A program made the position numbers and the translations under genes. From NCBI RefSeq assembly GCF_000400465.1, contig NW_008806274.1, positions 270,244-332,243 on the forward strand: a stretch of 62,000 nt of DNA. Direction: 5' to 3'. Below are positions 37,193 to 49,458 of this stretch, piece after piece. Position 1 is the first letter of the stretch. Each line of letters opens with the position of its first letter. The stretch comes from Wallemia ichthyophaga EXF-994 (lineage: Eukaryota; Fungi; Basidiomycota). The notes beneath the pieces were generated by a model. It worked only from the letters and a program-made list of their open reading frames with translations. It had not been told where the DNA came from and made no database searches.

Positions 37193-39150
37193 TTATCGCT
37201 GTGTTCTAATATCATCGCTATCTTGGTCATCGCTGTTTTCGTTATCTCTCGACACGTTTCTGCTCGATGAAGCAGCCGCATTGCCATGAGATCGCAGAGT
37301 ATCTATGGAAGTGTAAGTATTTAGGGCGTGGTCGAAGTGTCTATCGAGGGTGTGGGGGTGTGAGTGCGAGTGTGAGTAGGATATTCTATCCACATCCACT
37401 TCTTCACTACCACTCAAATCCTCCAAATCGCCAAGACTGTCGAAGCTCCCGCGAGACTGAGACTGTGTCTGTCTCAATCCAGCGTGAGTCTCAAGAATAT
37501 TATGTCTCTGGTCGAGATGAAAATCCCGAATGAATCGACTAGCCATGATCGGAATTACAGAGAGCAGAGCTGCAGGTAATACGAGTAGTTTCATGTTGCT
37601 GCTGAACGCCTCTGCCATTTTACTCCTCTCTACCGCCCCCAACAGTCTAGTTTGGGAGGGATCTCCAATATACCGCGCCACATCCTCAGCCGAGAAGTGG
37701 GGGAGGAGTGTTTTAATGAATCTTGGTAAATACTGCACATTTATTGCCGATGCAATAGACTGGCCTGTGACATTACCCATTTCTGCAAATAGTAACACAC
37801 TCGCGGTGGCCATGGCAAGATCACTTCCCTGCACGGCTCCTTGCGCCCCCACTTGCGTAGCAACAGCCACAATCCCCCCGCCTGCACCCTGCAGGATCTG
37901 CGTCAATGCTAGCATAGCTGGTGTGGGGTGGTTGCGTGCATACAGCATGAGCGTGATACCGATGAGTCTGTGATTGTTGTAAGTACATAATTACCATCTG
38001 AAATACCACCCAGCACGCACCTCACAACCAACGCTACACTCACCGACGCCTTCCATCTGATCTGCCAGATGAAGGCTACCACCGACCACGTAATCGCGCT
38101 GAATGTCATCGTCAGCGCCTGTGTGTAGATGTAGTAGTTGATGTCTTGCGTACTCCAGTCTGTTACGACTTGCACAAAGTATAGCAGTTGGGAAAAGGCC
38201 ATATAGAACGACGTGAAGTCGAAATAGTTGATTATGCAAACCACTGCTATAGTCCTATTCTTGAGGAAACGGAGAGGGAGGACGGGGTGTCTAGCGCAAT
38301 AGGTCTCCCAGTAAAGGAAGGCAGGAATTATAATAGCCACACCGGCGACAAGCATCGAGGGTATAGTCACACCATCCCACTTGAGATTATCCACCTGGTT
38401 AGCCAGGATGATGGGCAGGAATATGTACACTAGCGCGCTGATGAGGAGATAGAGGCCAACAATATCCACATCCGACAAGAAGCGGACGAGGCGTTTGGTG
38501 GATGGTGGGGAGATTGAGAGCGAATGAGACAGCGTCTGAGAAGGCTTGGGAAGGAGATTGGCGGAGGAAGAGGTAGACTTGCTATTGCGCAGCCTAATAC
38601 GCCGCTGTTGAAATGACAAAGTGACAACAAGCGGCAACAAGGCGGGTATATAAGCCAAGGCAAAAAAAACAAAGCCCCAACGCCAATTATGAGTAAAGTA
38701 GTTTGAAATCTGGCCATTAAAGTAGAAGAGAATGAAAAACCAGCCAGAGTTTGTGATAACAGAGAAGAAAGAGCGGTATCTGAGAGACGTAGCGTCTGCT
38801 ATGACGACTTGGAGGGTGATATGGAAGCCAGAGACACCCATCTGCCATATACAGAGACCAAGGCCGAGAGAGGAAATAGAGTTGCTAAATGAGCAAATAG
38901 CATAGCCTGAAGATATGAGGAACATTGAGATAAAAAGGGATTTGGGTCTACCGATGACTTGGGACAACTTGCCGAAGAAAGGCTTGCCAGTGGCCAAGAG
39001 AATAGCGGTGATGGCAGTAACTGCATTTAAGCTGTGTGCCTTACCCAAGGAGGAAGCCGCGGATGTAGAAATGGTGATTGAAGTGCCATTATCCAAGTTA
39101 AAGAGGAAAGTAGCAATTAGAATAGACACGATAACAAATAAATTTATCAT
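37193..39150 (-). CDS. Siderophore-iron MFS transporter (SIT/ARN family)
   Basis: About 14 hydrophobic segments; KPFFGKLSQVIGRP, QVVIADATSLRYR, WRWGF, PVLPLRFLKNRT; one intron at about 37948-37995. Confidence 0.82.
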
Positions 39151-39453
39151 TTTAAATTTATCTGCGATTTTAATTCATCTAACTGCTTAATAGCGTTTGA
39201 TAGTCGCTGTTCTGTATCAAGGACAAGCTTATTTGATTCTTGGATTAATTTTGTCTGTTTTGTAAGCATAGAAAGTTTTATAAACGCTAATACACACCTG
39301 ATTAGTCCTCTTCCACTCAGCGTTCTCATCACCGTCGACAACTTTATCCCTGGCAGCCACTCCCTGCTCAACTTCCTCTTTGTACATTTCTAACTCCTTT
39401 GTCAACCTCCTCACAACTCCCTCTCTTATCTTTAACTGTCTCTCGTTATCCAT
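39147..39453 (-). CDS. RBL2: Tubulin-binding cofactor A
   Basis: RQLKIREGVVRRLTKELEMYKEE...IQESNKLVLDTEQRL matches TBCA; one GTGTGT..CAG intron. Confidence 0.85.
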
Positions 39454-39693
39454 CCTTACGTTATTTGATATGGTTTCTGTTTAAGCAGGATATGTCTCTC
39501 GTTTTGTATTTTCCTTTTTTTCACACTTTATATCTCAAATACACATCATCATCTATCGTTCTTGATTACTTTTACGGTCATCGCACTCCTCACAGTCTAT
39601 CCCCTTTTTCTCAAAATTTTCATTTCTTCACTCTACACCTATCACAATACATTATCAGGTAAATGTCAAATGCATATCCAAAACACATTAAGA

Positions 39694-40691
39694 TTAGATG
39701 TACTTTGAAACCTTTGATGGGTCTTGACCAGCTGCCTTAGCGCGCTTGGTAAGCTTCTCAATAGACTTGTTGCCTCTGACACCGTTGCCCCATGACTTCC
39801 TGTGTTGCTCGTACTTCTCAATGAAGTTGGCGTTGCATGCCTTAACAAGAGCAGCGAGCTCAGATTGGTCTTCAGCACGAACATCTTGGATGGCGGCAAC
39901 AGCAGCAGTCTTCTTGTGCACAACAGTTCCGAGACGAGCCTTACCCTTAACGATAGCATAAGGGACACCCATCTTACGGCAGAGTGCTGGCAAGAAAACA
40001 ACCAACTCAATTGGGTCAACGTCGTCAGCAATGAGGACGAGGTTTGCCTTCTTTGCTTCAACGAGTGCAACAACGTGGTTCAAACCGTACTTGACAAAGA
40101 GTGGCTTCTCTGAAGCAACCTCCTTACCCTCAGCCTTAGAAGCAGCAGCTTGAGTAAGACGAGCCTTCTTCTCGACCTTGCTCTCTGGGCGGTACTTGTT
40201 CATAAGCTTGAAGGCTTGAGTGGCGGTGTTCTTGTCCAAGGTGTTGCCGAATTGGGCAATGCTTGGTGGAACCTTCAGACGCTGGTGGAGGATAACCTTT
40301 TGACGTTGGAGGCGAACGTATTCTGGCCACTTGACGAATCTGGTCAAGTCAGACTTTGGACGGATGTCTTGACCTGTGACTGTGTAAGCAGTAGTCTAAA
40401 ATTCTCCTGAACAACACCTACCAATGCCGAAAGACTTTGGCTGTGACTCGAAGAGTGGGTTGGTGACCTTCTTCGTGGTCTTGCCCTTAGAGTATGGAGC
40501 TGGAGCTGGCTTCTTTCCTGTTCCCGCCTTTGGCTGTTGTTGGTGTTAGCGTGGCTGTCATTGAGACGAGAGGCAACACAAAGGAAGAAGCCCTCGGAGC
40601 TCTAGCGGTGGTGTTCACCCAGCCAATTTAAATACTGTGTGCGCTGCCAATACAGGCTAATTCACTTTGTATTGCCTTCAACACTAACCAT
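39694..40691 (-). CDS. RPL8: 60S ribosomal protein eL8 (L7a/L8)
   Basis: Isolated ATG exon, 155-nt intron 40534-40688, [14 protein letters not shown], then [17 protein letters not shown]...[22 protein letters not shown]. Confidence 0.97.
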
Positions 40692-40776
40692 TTCGACTGA
40701 TTTTGCTCTGGTTCAAGAGGCGAGCGAGCCTTCGCTGCGAGAAATTTGCAGTGAAAATTTATTTAAAATTTCTTCT

Positions 40777-42200
40777 TTACCGGTGCGTGATCCGTAGAAA
40801 ATAAAGGTATTTAAAGGCGCTTTTTATCCACTTGCTTTCCTTCTCTGCCGTATTATGGATTTGAGTGTGCACGTAGTGCCATCCAGTTAAGCGTATATGC
40901 TTCAACATCTTTGTAATCAAAGTCCTTAAAACCCTTGCATAACTTTTTTTTAAAACTGTTGATCGCACCCATTTCCTGTAAATTCTCAGTTTACTTTGCT
41001 GCGTCACCATCCAGGCACAAGTCCGCAAGTAGATCATCACTAAATAGTTGCATAATGATTGAATTATCTGAGAGTACTTTCAACACAGCGAACTCACCGC
41101 TCCAATCCTGTATTATTAAAAGTGATGCGGTCGAGCTTTTCCTGATGTTTGTGCTTCAATATAAGCTAATACGACTTCTACAACAAAACCTCATAATTCT
41201 CACTACATCACCAGATCGCTGATCCTGACTGGAGTTGACAGCGCTTTGCAAAGGTCACAATGGTTTTGGCATGTCTCAGGGAGAGCAATTTGGAATTTAA
41301 AAGTACATATTTCTAATTACTCGACTTCCATGATTATAATGCACCCTTCCACCACCATTATTTAGATTTTCGAAATCCATTGGTCGGAGGTTTGGCGACC
41401 GATTTCAGAGTTTTGGTGACCCTCACTTTTTTTTTTGCATCAACTGCATTTAATAGGCGTGCAGCGATCCAGAATGTCATTTATTCCTCTCTAGATCCAG
41501 GATTAAGCCCTGTGGACACTAGTGTCGTAAAATGTAAATCGCGTTTATGGCGCCAAACACTTGAAATTTTTGGTTGCTTGAGGACTCAATCATCCAAAAT
41601 AATTTCTGTCTATCGATGAAGCACGTGCGATCTTCCATTATTTCCTATAGCGTGCTCCAGATCGATGTCGGATCACAACTTCCGAACAGCCTACAGGGTG
41701 GCATTGAAGGCTCAAGGATATGATTTCAGGACATAGCAAAAGGGTATGAATATGGGCGGCTGACAAAATTATGATCAACAGCGACAGGAAAAGAAACAAT
41801 TTCAGGATCATAGCTCAGGTTTTGTTCAAATTGCTAAAAGTATGGCCAAGGGTGAAATTGTTGAAGGAGTGGATAGAGATGGCCTTTATATTAGTTACGC
41901 ACGTCAGGAATGCTTGTCAGCGCAGATGGGCAAATTAAGAAATTCAATGTTCTCAATTTCAGAAATCCCATTCGGACTGTTTGTGATTGAGCAGATTGAA
42001 TAAGACTGTATGATGGCATATTAACAGTAAAATCACTAATGCTATAACCAAAACTCTCATAAGATATCCATGAAGCCCATTTATCCCACATGAAAAACAC
42101 TAAGATAGCGTTCTTAGAAGCAGAGAAGCTACTCAACAAGAATTGTACACTCAAGCCGAATCCTCTACAGATGTCCTCGCGAATGTTTCCACATTAATTA
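40777..42200 (-). pseudogene. AT-rich fragmented gene-like region with LRR-like stretches
   Basis: Short ORFs (LKLRTLNFLICPSALTSIP) broken by stops and an A10 run; no clean splice model. Confidence 0.25.
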
Positions 42201-42417
42201 CCGCAGAACATACCTTTTAGAGTGAGCTGCCCGTGGTGTCGCCGCTCGCGAGCGCAGGAGGAGGGAAAAGGTGTAGAGAAGAGAGCCACACATTGTAGCA
42301 CCTCAGAGGAAGTGGCAAGTGAATAAATTAAATTTTAAATTCTGTCTGCGCGGTGGGCTGGTTTTCTACCAGCGATCATCAGCAACGCAACGGCACACAC
42401 GTACACACGCAACGAAA

Positions 42418-44236
42418 ATGGACGACAATATAGACTGGCCGGTGATATACCAGCGAATTCGGACTTCGTTCCAGAATGCGCTGGCTGAGTCAATCGTGAA
42501 CAAGCTGAGAAAAGACCAATTCAACAGATCTAGTTTGTATCAGCTGCTTAAAATAGCGGAACACAAGAACGATGACGCGACATCCCTTGAATATTTACAT
42601 GGCTGGGCTAATTCTGAGAACTACGATATTATACCACCCCCAAAACGTGGCCCAGGTCGACCACCGAAGTCATCCCAGCCGGAGGATGACGAGACTGTCG
42701 ATATCCCCTACAAGCACGTATGGAAGACTGGTGATCCTGTGCTGCTCCAGAATACACACAAACCTACGGAAAAAGTCGGTGGCGGTCAGGCACTCTATAC
42801 GACCTTCCCGGCTAGGATAAAACAGGGCATCAGCACTCTTATGCAGCCAGTCAACGCTACCCTTAACCCTCAAGGTGTTATCGAGCCAAAGTATAGCAAT
42901 CCACAGAAAGAAAGTCTGGCGATGCAGGCGATTGCTAATTCGAGAAGGAAGGGTCATGTGAATTATGCAGAGAAGGATCCAGATGATTTCGAGGATGAGG
43001 GCGAGAGTGATGATGAGTCCGGCAGTCGCAGACGGTCGTCGAGACGGCAGACCATGGACGGTGGATCGACTGGACCATCCACACCCCTACCAAGTGGTAC
43101 CAAGCGTGGTGATCAATATAGCTATGTTGGTCCATACCTCAGCGATATCCCACCAGGCTCGTCGATAGTGTCCGAGTATTTAGATAAGGACAGAATGTTC
43201 AGATTGCAATACGCTTCAGAGAGAGATCTCGAGAGTAGCGCTGCGAGAACATTCTTGCCGGTTCCGATAAGGATAGAAATTGACCACGAAAATTGGAGAC
43301 TGAGAGATACATTCGTCTGGAATGCCAACGAGACTGTGCTCAGACCCGCGACGTTCGCAGAGGGCTTGTGCAGTGATCTCAAGATCCCAACCAGACCATA
43401 CGCTGATCAAATAGCTAGCTTGATGCAGCAGCAAATCGAAGAGCATCAAGCTGTTGTTGAAGTAGACGTCAGTCATAGAGAGCGTCTCAAGGAGTTGAGT
43501 AATGGTGGCTTAGTTACCGTCCAAACCACAAAACCGGGAGAAGATGAAGATGACTATGAGAGCAACTTGGTGTATCTCCGTGAAAGGCCTCAAGAGCGCA
43601 AATTTGCAGGCGCTAAACAGGTCGAAGAGGTGGATGGACCACCTGAAGAGCAAGATATAGCGATGAATCTGGAGACTGACTTGAGGGTCATTTTGAATGT
43701 GCGTATGTGTATTTTGGGGTTATTTAGCTGCTCACATTACTACAGCTCGATGTGCAATTCGCCAACTTCCACCTCGTCGATAAGGTTGAGTGGGATTTGT
43801 GCTCACCGATGCCACCAGAGCTTTTTGCCGAGACGCTGTGTCTGGATCTCGGTCTGTCGGGAGAAGCCAAGGCAGCAATAGCACACGTCATTCACGAAGA
43901 ACTCATCAGACACAAGAAAGAGGCGATTGAATCAGGGCTCATGGGAGCATCGACAGGCCAGCTTTCAGACTTAGACCACCCACTGTTTAACGGGAAAGGT
44001 CCAAGGAAGCTGGAGTCGGTGTGGAGAGAGTGGCATGAAGCAGACGAGTATATTCCACGATTGAACTATTACGCAGCTGCAGACATTGAGAAGCGTGAGC
44101 TTGAGAGGGAAAAGTCAACCAGGTGGGTGTGCAGACTTGCTTTCTGCGCCGCTAACAGGAACACTGCAGGCGCATGCGCAGAGACATATCGAAACCGGGT
44201 ACAGGGTTTGGGTCGAGACGCAGATATGGCCGCTAA
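42418..44236 (+). CDS. SFH1: RSC subunit Sfh1 (SNF5 family)
   Basis: QALYTTFPARIKQG, VNYAE, PIRIEID...RLRDTFVWN and DKVEWDL SNF5 repeats; two introns. Confidence 0.88.
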
Positions 44237-44466
44237 TACAATATATATTCAAACAAAAGTACTTTGTGTATGAGAGCGTGTGACTGACGTAAGATAGAGG
44301 AGAATGGGAAGACAAGCGGTAATTGTAGAAACATTGAATGATATTAGGCTAATTGATATCATGCCTTCTCTGTGGCTAGATTTCGTCACTCAAAATTTGG
44401 CTAATTTGGCTACTCCAATGATTTAAATGCGCTAACATTCCTCTCTCCCAAGCGTCCATTACTAAA

Positions 44467-46499
44467 ATGTCTGCAATAAGTGCAAAATTCCCAGTCGACC
44501 TTAAATCTTTCAAGAAGCTCTCGCTCGATTACAAGTCCGTCGCGCTGTTTTCTCGCCGTTTTTCACGCTGATCATTGGACAGAAATCCACAACTGAGCCA
44601 GCAGCAGAGAGAAGATCTCTTGCACAACATCAACGTATTCAGAGACGCCATCGTTGCATTTACTGCTACTGGTATGTGTCGTTGCCGTGATTGTCCTGGA
44701 TGACGTCACTTATCGTCCCCTCAGGTTCTGCAAGAGGTGTTTCCGGTCACACTGGTGGTCCATTTGATACAGCCCCAGAGGTGTGCATCCTTCTCGCTTT
44801 CATGAATGCAAACCCTGAAAGATTCGTCGATACCTTCTTCGATGAAGCTGGTCATCGTGTTGCTACGCAGTACCTCCTTTCTGCACTTGACGGTCATATT
44901 GAGCCAGACCACCTCCTTAACTACCGTGAAGCCTACTCTAAACTCCCTGGTCACCCTGAATTGGGCTTGTCTGACGGTGTCAAATTTTCTTCAGGCCGTC
45001 TCGGACACATGTGGGCTATGATCAACGGTGTCGCTCTCGCAAACAGATCTAAGAATGTTATCTTGCTTGGATCTGATGGCTCGCAACAAGAAGGTAACGA
45101 CGCTGAAGCGGCTCGTCTTGCCGTCGCTCAAAATCTCAACGTTAAGCTCTTCGTCGATGACAACGACGTCACCATCTCAGGTCACCCTTCACAATACATG
45201 AAAGGATTCAACACAGCAAAGACTCTTGAAGGACATGGCTTAAAGGTGTTCAGAACTGAGGGTGAAAACATTGACAAGTTGTATGCATCTGTCTGTGAGA
45301 TTGTTGCGTACGATGGTCCAGCTGCTGTTGTTGCGTCGAGAAAGATCGCTCCACAAATCGAGGGCATCGAGGGTGAATCTCACGCCCACGATGTTATCCC
45401 AGTCGCTGTTGCCAAGAAATACCTCACCAAGCGTGGCTACAGTGAAGACCAACTCAAATTCTATGACGACATCAAGGCACAAAAGTACCAATACGAACAC
45501 GTTGGTGCATCTAAGGATGTCGGCGCCAACAGAGTCATTTTCGGTGAATCTGTCAACATGGTCCTCGACAAGCTTTCAAAGGAAGAGGCAGCAAGACGTG
45601 TAATGGTTATCGACTCGGATCTCGAAGGTTCAACTGGTTTGAAGGGTATTCACTCAGCCCACCCAGAAGTCTTTGTTCCATCTGGTGTCATGGAGCGTGG
45701 TAACTTCTCTGCAGCAGCTGGATTCGGATTTGGAGGTAACGGCGAGCGTCAAGGTGTATTCTCAACCTTTGCAGCCTTTTTGGAAATGTGCTTGTCAGAA
45801 ATTACAATGGCTAGACTTAACAGGTGCAACTTCCTTTGTCACTTCTCTCACTCAGGTGTGGATGAGATGGCTGACAACACTTGCCACTTTGGTCTAAACC
45901 ACTTTTTCGCCGATAATGGTCTTCTTGACACTGCTCAAACCAACCTTTACTTCCCAGCTGATGGAGAGCAGATGAAGGCGGTTGTACAGAAGGTATTCTT
46001 CGACAAGGGACCAAAGTTTGTATTCTCTACTCGTGCCAAGGTACCATATATCTTGAAGGAGGGTAGTGAGACAAAGCTTTTCGGTGACAACTACAGCTTC
46101 GTTCCAGGAAAGGAGGAATTTATTAGGAAGGGGTCTGCAGGATATGTCGTTTCATATGGTGACATGCTCCACCGCTCATTGGACGCGGTTGAGCGTCTGC
46201 GTAAGGAGGGAATTGATGTTGGATTGATCAACAAGCCAACACTCAACATTGTGGATGAAGATGCCATGCAGGTATATGGCAAGACAGGATTTGTGTTGGT
46301 AGTTGAATCAATTTCACAGAAGAATGGTATGGGATCGAGAATGGGTACACAATTGCTTCAACGTGGATTGACAACCAAGTATGATTACATGGGTGCGACA
46401 ACCGAGGGATGTGGAGGAGTTGCGTACCAAATCAAGCACCAAGGATTAGATGCACCTGCGGTCCAAGATAGAATCAGAAAGATTGCAGGACGTAAGTAA
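44467..46499 (+). CDS. Transketolase-like ThDP-dependent enzyme (non-canonical family)
   Basis: GHTGG, LPGHPE, SGRLGH, GSDGSQQEGN...DDND ThDP motif, DSDLEGSTG, GVMERGN; two 5' introns. Confidence 0.9.
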
Positions 46500-46537
46500 A
46501 GTAAAAAGGGTATCACAATTGACGATATGTATATGAT

Positions 46538-47440
46538 TTAATGATTTTTGTTCAATTCGATTGCTTTATGTATTTTGTCTTGTTGAGATTGAATCTCTGA
46601 TGCATTCCTCTCAATTCCCCTCTCAAGCTCGTCTGTATCGATATTCACCGCTGTTTCGTGTCTATTGAGGATTGCAGCAACGACGTCTTCAACGTTTGAT
46701 GTCGTCACTTGGCTTGAAATTTCTTTAAGAAGTTGCTCATTTGAAAGCTCATGCTGATTGTTGGATGTAAAGTTCATTTGCGGACTGCCTCGTCTTGGTG
46801 GTTGAGGTTAGAGAGGCCAAGTGACGATAGCAAACTTGCTAGGAGTATCGCTCAAAGCGAACTTTAAACGGACTTCCAGGTCTTTGTTGAAAGTCAGAAG
46901 AGTTGAACGAATGAAATAAAGCTTACTGGGAGTAGCGCAGACTATTTACAGGCAACGGGTTATACTCGCTCTACTATGGCCCCCAAGACGTTTTACAGCA
47001 AGGAAAAAAGGAAAGAAGTGTGGTACTCTTAAATACCGCAGCGACGGACGAGAAGTACGTGACTCGCGCCTTGTGTTTGTTTTGCTTCGCGAACCCCGCT
47101 AAGCTCGTTCCTAGTTAAGGGTCTAACGGCGTACACAGAAGGTACTGTTGACTTTCTGAAAGTATGTCACAACGAAGTGATAGAAAAACTCATACTGGCC
47201 AAAGCCCTCGTTTGTGAATGGAATGTGGTTTTTGTCTTCTATATTGATGGACAAACTGCGAAGAGTTACTTCGCCCTCAAAAGACCGGCGCGACTTAAAT
47301 CGCCTTTCCCTCGTCGAGCTCAATCGTCACTTCAACGAGAGACCGTTGCCTTTGTGAAACGTGGAGGTGTGATGGCCATTGACTGTTCCACAAGACTATG
47401 GGCCTTTATTTTGTACATTAACTCCCTTATTGATCCAAAG
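46538..47440 (-). CDS. Hypothetical multi-exon protein with a C-terminal coiled coil
   Basis: Four GT..AG introns link ...FTNEGFG-QKSTVPSVYAVRPLTR...LLSFFLAVKRLGGHSRASITRC-LKLYFIRST...DTPS-KRGSPQMNFT in frame to the 79-aa ORF; 5' end uncertain. Confidence 0.45.
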
Positions 47441-47483
47441 TAATACATTTTGTCAGTATCTGTGGTGTCTTAAGGTTCTACGG

Positions 47484-49244
47484 ATGCACCATCAAAAACT
47501 TCCTCTTCTGATTGATCCATTGTGTGATCTACACCCAAGAAGCCCAATGAGCCATGTGAGCTTTGATGTGTTTTTACTGTAAAATCTCATTATAATCCAG
47601 GATTTCTACTACTCTGAGCCTTCTTCTCCACAAGAAACTCACTCGGTGACGCCTTCTCTGTTGGATTATCTGAAAGACGAGTTGAGCTGCGTAGACGCGG
47701 CGGAGACGGAGAACTACAAATCAGAGCGAGTTTCAAACTTCTTAAAGATTCCACTAGCGATTGAGAAGGTCATCGCATTTGGCAGCCTCGTCTGTCTCGA
47801 TTCATTCCTGCACACGTTCACTATCCTCCCATTGCGGGGACTTATAGCTGTGAAGAATGCACCCAAGCGTCTCAACGCTTCACAGAAGTCTGACATTCTC
47901 AAACTTACCTTGTTTCTCCTTCTCTCAACTTTCCTGTTGTTATACACTGAGCCATCACGTATGTACCACGGTGTACGCGGACAAGACAACGTGAAGCTGT
48001 ATGTAATATTCAACGCGCTCGAAATTGCCGATCGGCTGTGTTGTTCAATAGGGCAAGATATCCTCGATACGCTATTCTCGCGCGCAAGTCTAACGCAAGC
48101 ACCCACGACGACGCTTGTAGTGTATCTACTACTAGCGCTGGTTTATGGCATTGCACACTCTCTGGTTTTCCTCTACCAACTAGTCGCGCTCAATGTCGCC
48201 GTCAACAGCTACGATAACGCTCTGCTCACTCTGCTAATAAGCAACCAGTTTGTCGAGATAAAGGGAAGTGTGTTTAAGCGGTTCGATAAGGAATCCCTCT
48301 TCCAGATAACTTGCGCAGATATAGTTGAGCGTTTCCAACTAATGCTGATGCTAGGCGTGATTGCTTTCCGCAATCTGATCGAGCTGAGTGGATCAGACTT
48401 TACATACCTGCCTAGCGCATTCATAAGGTCTAACACTCAGCTTGAAATGATTTTCTCACCTGTCTTGCTCGTCATCATGTCCGAGATGGCCGTTGACTGG
48501 CTCAAGCATGCCTTCATAACGAAATTCATGCACATACGCCCGAGTATCTACGCCCGCTTTATTGACCTGCTAGCTGGGGATTTGGTCCCAGAGAGCGTGG
48601 GCAGGAAGGGACGGAGTTTGAGCTCAGGCTCCAGCTCGCCGGGAGGACTATCCGCGCGCATCAGCCGCCGACTCGGCTTCGCGTCTATACCAATGGGGGC
48701 GTTTGTGGTGCGTGTTAGTGTACAGGCGCTCGGGATGCTCAACGATAGTTCAACTATTGATGAATGTGCGCCATCTTCACATTCAAATGGGATGTCACAA
48801 GATGTTGCACATGAGTTGACACATTCAATATCACACGTTACTCTTCAGTGGTGCTTGCGGTTGCTTGTTGGCGTCGTCGCATGGCTCGTACTCCTCGCAG
48901 TCAAACTCCTCCTTGGCGTCCGCTTACACGCTTTAGCCCTTCACCGCCAAACTGATACTGCAGCGCGCACCGCTGAGGATGTCCTCACTAACTTGCAGAC
49001 TCCAATAGGGGAGAGCGAGGCATATAAGGTGGGTTGGGTTAGTATTGATGTTTTACACTCACGCTCACACACCCTCCAGGACCAGCGCATTGATACTAAA
49101 ATCAGCCTATCGTCACATGCTGACGACGTCCCAAACGCCCCAAAGGGCAAGATACCCCTCGAACAACTATCCAGATGTGAGTATGGGCGTGACGCGCTGA
49201 CTCAGCTGACACTTTCAGATGACATGGTGAAGCGGATCTGGTAG
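47484..49244 (+). CDS. EMP65: TAPT1/Emp65 (DUF747) ER membrane protein
   Basis: FGSLVCLDSFLHTFTILPLR, YHGVRGQDNVKLYVIFNALE, SNQFVEIKGSVFKRF, DWLKHAFITKF; start codon uncertain. Confidence 0.9.
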
Positions 49245-49458
49245 CTTTTGTAAGGAGGAAAGTGTGTTGTATTACTAGATTGATTAAGAAACAATTGGAA
49301 CATTGAAACAGTAGAACATTGAAAAGTTGAAACAGGATCGAGTGAAAAAGAGTGTGGAATAATTGTTCATTCTTTGTGATATATGGTTGAGAAAGGTAAA
49401 AGATATAAGAGTAAACAGTAAGAGTTGGAATCCAGTCCAATCATCCACTCGGCGGCAC

